From positions 1 to 35,407 of the forward strand of contig JBLNCY010000034.1 in the NCBI GenBank assembly GCA_050261115.1: DNA of 35,407 nt, read 5' to 3'. The notes under the pieces are model-generated. The model saw nothing but the letters and a program-made list of their open reading frames with translations. It searched no databases and had not been told where the DNA came from. Below are positions 29,853-35,407 of the stretch, in pieces (the first letter of the stretch is position 1; each line of letters begins with the position of its first letter). This stretch comes from Methanocella sp. (GTDB lineage Archaea; Thermoproteota; Bathyarchaeia; Bathyarchaeales; Bathycorpusculaceae). A program made the position numbers and the translations under genes.

Positions 29853-29917
29853 TTTCGCCTTTTAAACGATTAGTTGACTCGACCTTCTGGAGTAGGTGAG
29901 GGGTGAGTGAAAGTGAA
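29853..29917. repeat. 65-bp conserved element, copy A
   Basis: TTTC-N4-TTTAAA-N13-CGAC-N14-GAGGGGTGAGTGAAAGTGAA. Confidence 0.85.
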
Positions 29918-30008
29918 AGCTAAACCAAATGTTGAAAAATTTACGCTTTTTTTGGCACTATTACATGCCTTTTTATCCTCTCAGGATTGCATAATTATGA
30001 AGCGTTGA

Positions 30009-30073
30009 TTTCAGCATATAAAGCCCGCTATGTGCCGACGTTTTCAAGCTGGGGAGGGGTCGGTGAAAGTGAA
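30009..30073. repeat. 65-bp conserved element, copy B (no adjacent wHTH gene)
   Basis: TTTC-N4-TATAAA-N13-CGAC-N14-GAGGGGTCGGTGAAAGTGAA. Confidence 0.85.
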
Positions 30074-30493
30074 CAGCCTCAATCTGCTCGTCGGCTTTCA
30101 GTTAATCAGGCAGTTGAGGTAGTAGTCGTCGCTATAGGCTTATGCGCCGACTACTCCCAATTTAATAGCCCAAACCCCTGCCAAGGAATTTCATGCTACA
30201 CACTGATTTACGCTTTTGTGCACATCAAGTACACGCTAACCCAATGCACACAACTTTATGTGTGCGTCCACGCACCATATCTTTAGCATGCGTAAATGGC
30301 TTGCAACAAACCCCCATTTAAAATTAGTGCTCTTTTCCGCCGCGCGCGCGCGCTAAAAAAATTCCCGTTGCTTAAACGCTGAGCCATATAGTTGCCCCAG
30401 CCATTGTTTGGTTCTGATTTGTCTTCTAACATTTTTGATCATCAACTAAGCACTCGCATTTTTGTAATTTAAACAATTTTACGGTTTAAAATG

Positions 30494-30590
30494 GCATTTT
30501 AAACAAGGCTTTTTTAAAAGGCATGAAAATAAAAGGTTGATTAAAAAAGCATTAATTAAAAAAGGTTTTTAGAACATGCTTTTAAAACAA
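30494..30590 (+). repeat. Degenerate ~14-bp AT-rich tandem array (~7 units)
   Basis: gcattttaaacaa / ggcttttttaaaa / ggcatgaaaataaaa / ggttgattaaaaaa / gcattaattaaaaaa / ggtttttagaacat / gcttttaaaacaa. Confidence 0.65.
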
Positions 30591-30666
30591 GCAAAATGCT
30601 TATTAACAGTAAGATTTCAGCGCTTTGCAGTAACTTTTTTATTTGCGAAGCATTTCTAAATTAAAT

Positions 30667-31461
30667 ATGCGCAAGTATGTTGGCTTAATGCTTATCGCTA
30701 TATTAGCTCTATCAAATCTTATGATTATTAAACCTGTGAATTCAGAAATAACCAAGCCTTCTATTCCAGAATTCACAGTAAAACTAGCAGATAATTCGTA
30801 TGATATACCCACTACTTACTCAATAGATCCTTATACAGGAGTTAATGTAACTCATCCTGGTCACCGTGTTGTAAACAGAACCGTTGAATTAGTGATAAAG
30901 AATCAGCCCTTTGTCTCTACAAATATCGATGGCTGGAATATTTCTTTCTACTATAATGTCCGTATAAAGGGACATTATAGTGAAGACTGGCTAACCCTTT
31001 ACACTCCTACAGTTACTCCCTATTACGCTCAACAAAACTCAGAAAATACTGTGGTATCTTTTCAAATTTCAAATTCAAACTCTTATTTATCTGTTGGCCC
31101 CCTGAGTGGGCTTCCTTTGAATGCTCAAATAGATTTTCAGGTCCAAGCGCTTATCGGTTATGTCCATAGGGTAAAGAACGCCAGTGCAACAAACCCTTTA
31201 GAAATGTTTCCGTGGGTTTTTGAGGGTGAAACAAGCGCCTGGAGTAGCACCCAAACAATTAGCATTTCTGACGGGTCAACTTCTGTATCTTCATCACAGC
31301 CCACGGCAACCACAACTCCTGATACGTCTGGTACTCAAAGTGTTAATCAGTCAGGCTTGGATTGGATGCAGGTTGCCACCGTTGCCTTGCTAGTTACTAT
31401 TGCTGTATTGCTTGCATTAGTGGTTGTATTTCTACATCGACGAAGCATAAACAAAAACTAA
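30667..31461 (+). CDS. Secreted, C-terminally membrane-anchored surface protein, copy 2
   Basis: Paralog of 28766..29563; ATG at 30667 (MRKYV) matches the start of copy 1. Confidence 0.88.
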   Translation: MRKYVGLMLIAILALSNLMIIKPVNSEITKPSIPEFTVKLADNSYDIPTTYSIDPYTGVNVTHPGHRVVNRTVELVIKNQPFVSTNIDGWNISFYYNVRIKGHYSEDWLTLYTPTVTPYYAQQNSENTVVSFQISNSNSYLSVGPLSGLPLNAQIDFQVQALIGYVHRVKNASATNPLEMFPWVFEGETSAWSSTQTISISDGSTSVSSSQPTATTTPDTSGTQSVNQSGLDWMQVATVALLVTIAVLLALVVVFLHRRSINKN

Positions 31462-31516
31462 AGTTACGGTATCTTAACTCCTTTACAACCAATGTTAAGG
31501 TAATATTTACGCTTGG

Positions 31517-31753
31517 CTAAATAAGTTCTAAGAACTTGATGCCCTTCTGAGTAATCATATACTTTGCTCGATGCTTGGGCGAGCTCTTCTCAACATGCCC
31601 ATTTTGAACTAACCAACGAAAAATGTTCTCGAATGCTGCATGCGAGCCAGCTTTTTGGACCGTACGCTTCTCGAGCTCTGTCCGGTATAGGGGCTGGCGT
31701 TTAAGCTCATGCAATACTATTTTCGCTAGGTCCATATTTGGTCGCTGAGTCAA
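31517..31753 (-). CDS. Small winged-HTH protein, copy 2
   Basis: Paralog of 29582..29824; TTG at 31753 with GGAGA RBS. Confidence 0.85.
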   Translation of the reverse strand: MTQRPNMDLAKIVLHELKRQPLYRTELEKRTVQKAGSHAAFENIFRWLVQNGHVEKSSPKHRAKYMITQKGIKFLELI

Positions 31754-31783
31754 ATTGTCTCCCACCGAACTGCGATATTGCCC

Positions 31784-31848
31784 TTTCACTTTTTAAATCT
31801 CAAGTTAACCCGACCTCGTGTGTCAAGGGAGGGGTGGGTGAAAGTGAA
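31784..31848. repeat. 65-bp conserved element, copy C
   Basis: TTTC-N4-TTTAAA-N13-CGAC-N14-GAGGGGTGGGTGAAAGTGAA. Confidence 0.85.
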
Positions 31849-32349
31849 CTCTGAGCCTAGCGATGAAGAGGGCTTACTGCCCAAGTTTTTTAAGGAAGGA
31901 TAAGCAGACTAAGAAAAAGTTACTGTGTGGTGTGTGGTTAATATTAGCTTTTTCTAAAACTTTTTGTTCAAGTAACTGCCTATATTGTCTTTTATAGAGC
32001 ATCAAGCACCCCAGCTTTTGGTTCAATTTTGGAGTGCAAGGAAGCGACCCAGACTATGGCTGTCGTAAACTTCGGGCCTTTTTGAGTCAACAAAAGAATA
32101 TCAAGCGTTGTCTATGCAAACTATTGAGGAAAAATGTGACGGTTACAGCCAATTCATCGTCTTCTTTGATTAGGCTTTCAATATTTTGGCGAATGAAAGG
32201 AAATGTTATGGCTTTCACTTCCCGTAGCCGCTACGCCCAATGCTGAATTGCTTTCTCGCGCCTTATTAAAGCTGTTTTATTGTGTCTATAAGGACCCTTT
32301 CAAGCTGAGTCATCATTTCGCTTGGGAAGGGTGGATTCTGAAAACAGGG

Positions 32350-32517
32350 TCATGGCTTAACCTCCTGGGCAGTATTTAGACTGACAGATTCTTCAACAGT
32401 TGACTTGTCTCTTTTGGGGTTTAATGGTGCTTGGCATCTGGGGCATTTGTAGGGTTCGGCTGTTCTGGGAAACCAAGTGTAGCTACATTTTTCGCATTTT
32501 ATCTGATTGATTGGCAT
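32350..32517 (-). CDS. Small zinc-ribbon protein
   Basis: CEKCSYTWFPR...CPRC; ATG at 32517 preferred. Confidence 0.75.
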   Translation of the reverse strand: MPINQIKCEKCSYTWFPRTAEPYKCPRCQAPLNPKRDKSTVEESVSLNTAQEVKP

Positions 32518-32622
32518 CGATTTACCACACAAGTGTGGTAGGCAAGGTTCGCTTATAATGATATAAACTACATTTTGCGCGGAAAAGTGTGAGTTACTGA
32601 CAATCGGCAAACCAGTTGATAT

Positions 32623-33378
32623 CTATTTGTTGGCAGCCGATTTACCCTCAAAGAGTTCTACAGCTCGATTGAGGTAGTCCATCCGCTCCTGATTCCAATC
32701 GCGAATGTCCTTAGCTAACTCGTAAAGTCTTGGGTTTGTGCCTTTTATTAGGCCAAGCCCACAAATAAAATAGTCTTCGGCAAAGTCAAACATCAAATTC
32801 TGGTTCTCACCATGGCGAAAAATTGAGATAAATTCAAGAATTTCTTTATTGTTAACGCTCCTACCCAGTTCCTGACGAAAATACTCTGAATTGCCTAAAT
32901 GCTCCACGAACTCTTTAGCCGTTAACGCCTCGTCTTTCAAGGGCTTTTGAAGCTGGGTCACCGCTTCACCTACAAAAAAATTAACGGTGAGTTCATCTTG
33001 CCCATACAACCAGGGGCTTTCTTGAAATAGCGGATAGTTGAGGGAATCGCCTTGTTTTTTTATAAAAGCCAGTAGTTTATTGGATGTCTGTTTATCCAAG
33101 ACCGCTTTCTGGTCAAATTGAGCTAAATAGATGAGTGTACCCTTGAAGGTAAGTCCATAAACTTTTGTTCTGATTTTCTTTGGAGATGAAATTTCATCTA
33201 AAACGCTTACACTGCCTTCGAGTAGGGCGTTGGTTACTGCTTTATGGACGCTCGAATATTGAAGTCTTGTTTTCTGCTTGACTTGCCACATGTTTAGGGG
33301 CCCGTTTTCAGCTAAGGCGTTAATGATTACTCTCCTGGCATCTTTTTTCTTGATTCCTCGTTTAGGACCTGACTGCAT
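32623..33378 (-). CDS. N-terminal winged-HTH putative repressor
   Basis: IINALAENGPLNMWQVKQKTRLQYSSVHKAV...YGLTFKG; divergent from the AbrB gene. ATG at 33378 preferred. Confidence 0.78.
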   Translation of the reverse strand: MQSGPKRGIKKKDARRVIINALAENGPLNMWQVKQKTRLQYSSVHKAVTNALLEGSVSVLDEISSPKKIRTKVYGLTFKGTLIYLAQFDQKAVLDKQTSNKLLAFIKKQGDSLNYPLFQESPWLYGQDELTVNFFVGEAVTQLQKPLKDEALTAKEFVEHLGNSEYFRQELGRSVNNKEILEFISIFRHGENQNLMFDFAEDYFICGLGLIKGTNPRLYELAKDIRDWNQERMDYLNRAVELFEGKSAANK

Positions 33379-33443
33379 ACTATCACTCTTCAGTGTCAAT
33401 AGTGAGACGACCCCTATAAACATTTTATGTTAAATAAGTAGGC

Positions 33444-33683
33444 ATGCCACTCCTGAAAAAAGTTATAAATCATGGGGGTAGCCGGGGGATAACGTTACCT
33501 GCCTCTTGGCTGGACCTCATCGAAAAAGAGAACGGTAAACCTGTTAAAGAAGTTCTAATGGAGGTCGATGGTGCCATCATCATCAGACCGATAATTGAAG
33601 TTAAGGATGGTGTGCCCCGCCGCCAAGCAGAACACACCAACCTCGCTAACCAACCTTCACAGGTGGCCTGCGTCGATGTCTAG
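33444..33683 (+). CDS. AbrB/MazE/SpoVT-type DNA-binding protein
   Basis: KKVINHGGSRGITLPASW...EVDGAIIIRP. Confidence 0.85.
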   Translation: MPLLKKVINHGGSRGITLPASWLDLIEKENGKPVKEVLMEVDGAIIIRPIIEVKDGVPRRQAEHTNLANQPSQVACVDV

Positions 33684-33840
33684 TCCTGCGGTTGCAGTTA
33701 AAAGTTTTGTCGTTGTTAGAGAGGGTATCAAGCGCTGCTGGGATTGTTCGAGCTGGGTTGGCCGCTGCCTTAAGCGTGTTCCTAACAAGACAGCCTGCGA
33801 TGAAGTATGCGACCGATTTGAGGGTCCAGGCAGGGCATAG
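33676..33840 (+). CDS. Small Cys-rich hypothetical protein
   Basis: AGGTGG RBS, ATG overlapping the AbrB end, CWDC...C...C...C pattern. Confidence 0.6.
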   Translation: MSSPAVAVKSFVVVREGIKRCWDCSSWVGRCLKRVPNKTACDEVCDRFEGPGRA

Positions 33841-33842
33841 AA

Positions 33843-34352
33843 ATGGTTGGGGTTCAGGGAAAAGCGTCCGTCTCTCCTGGCGTACTTGGCAGTAGCAGCG
33901 TTGACGTTGGCGGAAGTCTTGGCTCTTCTTCCTTCCATGCTGGCGTTGACGCTGGTACGCTCCCAAATGAACCTCAACTTTACCATGCAGTGTTTGAAGG
34001 CTTGGTTTATGTTCGTTATCTGGATCATGTGGCTTTCAATCGGTCTTCTGCTTTGGTTATGGCGCCGCAGACCAGGAAAGCTGTGGGCTGGTTAGTGTAT
34101 GAATGCAGTGAGTACGTGACATTGGCGTTTGACCGTGACGCTGGCCCGCCTACGTTGAAGGGCGGGGATGCTAAAGCTTCGGGACTTGTTCTGCTAAAAT
34201 CAGCCGTCCTCGAACTCAAAAAGCTCAGCATTTCGTCGCTTTTAGAATACTACTTAAATTGTAAGCGGGGCTTAGTAGAGAATCGAGTATGCGCTTCTAG
34301 CCAGAGAAGCGAAAAACTCAGCCCCAAAAACAAGCGGAAGGGGCCCAAATGA
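33843..34352 (+). CDS. Hypothetical protein upstream of the integrase
   Basis: Globular core LVYVRYLDHV...VGWL...GLVLLKS; ATGA overlap with the integrase start. Confidence 0.7.
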   Translation: MVGVQGKASVSPGVLGSSSVDVGGSLGSSSFHAGVDAGTLPNEPQLYHAVFEGLVYVRYLDHVAFNRSSALVMAPQTRKAVGWLVYECSEYVTLAFDRDAGPPTLKGGDAKASGLVLLKSAVLELKKLSISSLLEYYLNCKRGLVENRVCASSQRSEKLSPKNKRKGPK

Positions 34353-35407
34353 TAGAGAGAAAGACCCGAACTATAGCAACCGCAATAGAGCGAAACCGTA
34401 ACCTCACCATTGACGACCTAAAAAGCCTCAACCTACCTCTGCAAATTCAAGGAAACCTGATTATCATCGAAAGAAGTCTTAACGACTGGAAACTCAAGCA
34501 ACCCATCAGTATAGAACTTAGCAAGGTCTTGGCAGTAAAAGAAAAAGGACTAATCGACTATATCATCCGCTCGTGCCTCAACGAACGCCCCGCACTAATT
34601 CCCTACATCTTCGAGTACCAAAGCCTAACCAAGATGGCCCGCCACTTCCTACGCCACTGCTCAGCATCATACCATAGCTGCCAAAAATACTCCGCCTGCC
34701 TCAAAAAATACGCTGAATTGCTTGGCTACAGCCCAGACGTAATCATAGCAGACGTGAAACCCGTCGGCGCAGTCCCCGACCCCATGAAGGTAGAGAACCA
34801 CTGCGGATTCCTCAACGACTACCTAGCTGAACTCCAAGATAGCGGACTCAAACCCACAGCCGTGAGCAACTGCATTAAAGCCGTCAAAACCTTCTACCGA
34901 GCAAACGGTGTCAAAAAAGTAGAGCTGAACGAGCCGCTTAGCCGAAAAGTAGCCTACAAAGACCGAGCGCCCAAACCAGAAGAAATCGCAATGATGCTGG
35001 ATAAAGCCGCAGTTAGAGAAGGCTTCATAGTCGCAGGAATAGCAACTGGCGGATTCCGCGAAGGAACCTTTGCAAAACTACTATACCGACACGTTAAAGA
35101 GGACTTAGAAGCTGGACGAGTACCTATCCACGTCCATGTTGAATCTGCCATCACTAAAGGCAAGTATCACGACTACGACACGTTCCTAAATGCTGAAGCA
35201 AGCCATCTGCTCAAACTCTACATTGAAGATAGACGACGAGGCGGCAGAACAATGCCTCCAGAAGAACTCACCGATGAATCACCGCTCATCAGAAACCCAC
35301 AATCCCCAACCAGTAACATGCTACACAGACCTTATGAGAATACACAACCAAGGAAACACCACTCGCTATATTTCGTTAACTATCGACAACCTGTGTGGCA
35401 CCTCCAA
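34349..35407 (+). CDS. Tyrosine recombinase/integrase, open to the window end and probably 3'-disrupted
   Basis: Not in the ORF track because it has no stop. Reads MIERKTRT...KAVKTFYRANG...PKPEEI...ATGGFREGTFAKL (box I Arg)...ITKGKYH...ESPLIR. HxxR and catalytic Tyr are not seen. Confidence 0.85.
   Translation, partial: MIERKTRTIATAIERNRNLTIDDLKSLNLPLQIQGNLIIIERSLNDWKLKQPISIELSKVLAVKEKGLIDYIIRSCLNERPALIPYIFEYQSLTKMARHFLRHCSASYHSCQKYSACLKKYAELLGYSPDVIIADVKPVGAVPDPMKVENHCGFLNDYLAELQDSGLKPTAVSNCIKAVKTFYRANGVKKVELNEPLSRKVAYKDRAPKPEEIAMMLDKAAVREGFIVAGIATGGFREGTFAKLLYRHVKEDLEAGRVPIHVHVESAITKGKYHDYDTFLNAEASHLLKLYIEDRRRGGRTMPPEELTDESPLIRNPQSPTSNMLHRPYENTQPRKHHSLYFVNYRQPVWHLQ

Larger units (their letters stand above)
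28541..29917. repeat. Cassette copy 1 (repeat array + surface protein + wHTH + 65-bp element)
   Basis: Colinear similarity with ~30417-31848 in both coding and non-coding parts; left boundary approximate. Confidence 0.85.
30417..31848. repeat. Cassette copy 2
   Basis: Diverged direct repeat of ~28541-29917. Confidence 0.85.

Noticed and set aside
29987-30286. 99-aa ORF between the cassettes
   Set aside because: Runs through the 65-bp element and hairpins; no protein-like features.
28618-30590. CRISPR array interpretation of the AT-rich repeats
   Set aside because: Units are ~14 bp, degenerate and lack unique spacers; no cas genes.
29898-31848. GAGGGG...GTG motif as RBS plus start of small peptides, or as an Orc1 ORB box
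   Set aside because: Downstream peptides share nothing beyond MKV; the motif lacks the TCCA-N-TGGAAA ORB core and no orc1/cdc6 gene is present.
34349-35407. SSV1-type integrase split by integration into the tRNA
   Set aside because: No tRNA-derived sequence at the apparent break and no integrase remainder next to the tRNA.

Overview
Archaeal genomic window, most likely Candidatus Bathyarchaeia (inferred from gene content, frequent TTG starts, archaeal TATA/RBS patterns and typical protein families). Positions 1-21.7 kb are host genes: a frameshifted beta-propeller repeat protein, radical SAM plus GT2, an MgtA P-type ATPase, a small redox cluster (CxxS thioredoxin, CDGSH, cytochrome b5-like), an SDR, two pseudogene fragments, a NapH-like protein, an acyltransferase-3 facing an SGNH hydrolase, an HdrA-MvhD fusion with a polyferredoxin, porGDAB and another radical SAM. 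tRNA-Asn(GTT) at 21742-21818 is followed by a ~13.6 kb integrated element running to the window end. It carries HTH/RHH regulators, twin GIY-YIG genes around a terminase-small-subunit-like gene, an HxH-needle fibre gene with small companions, a divergent HTH/AbrB switch and a tyrosine integrase whose 3' end appears replaced by foreign sequence. No capsid, portal or large terminase gene is recognisable. The most novel-looking signal is a duplicated cassette: a ~14-bp AT-rich repeat array, a variable surface protein, a convergent wHTH gene, and a 65-bp element. That element is present three times with exactly conserved spacing and a covarying hairpin.
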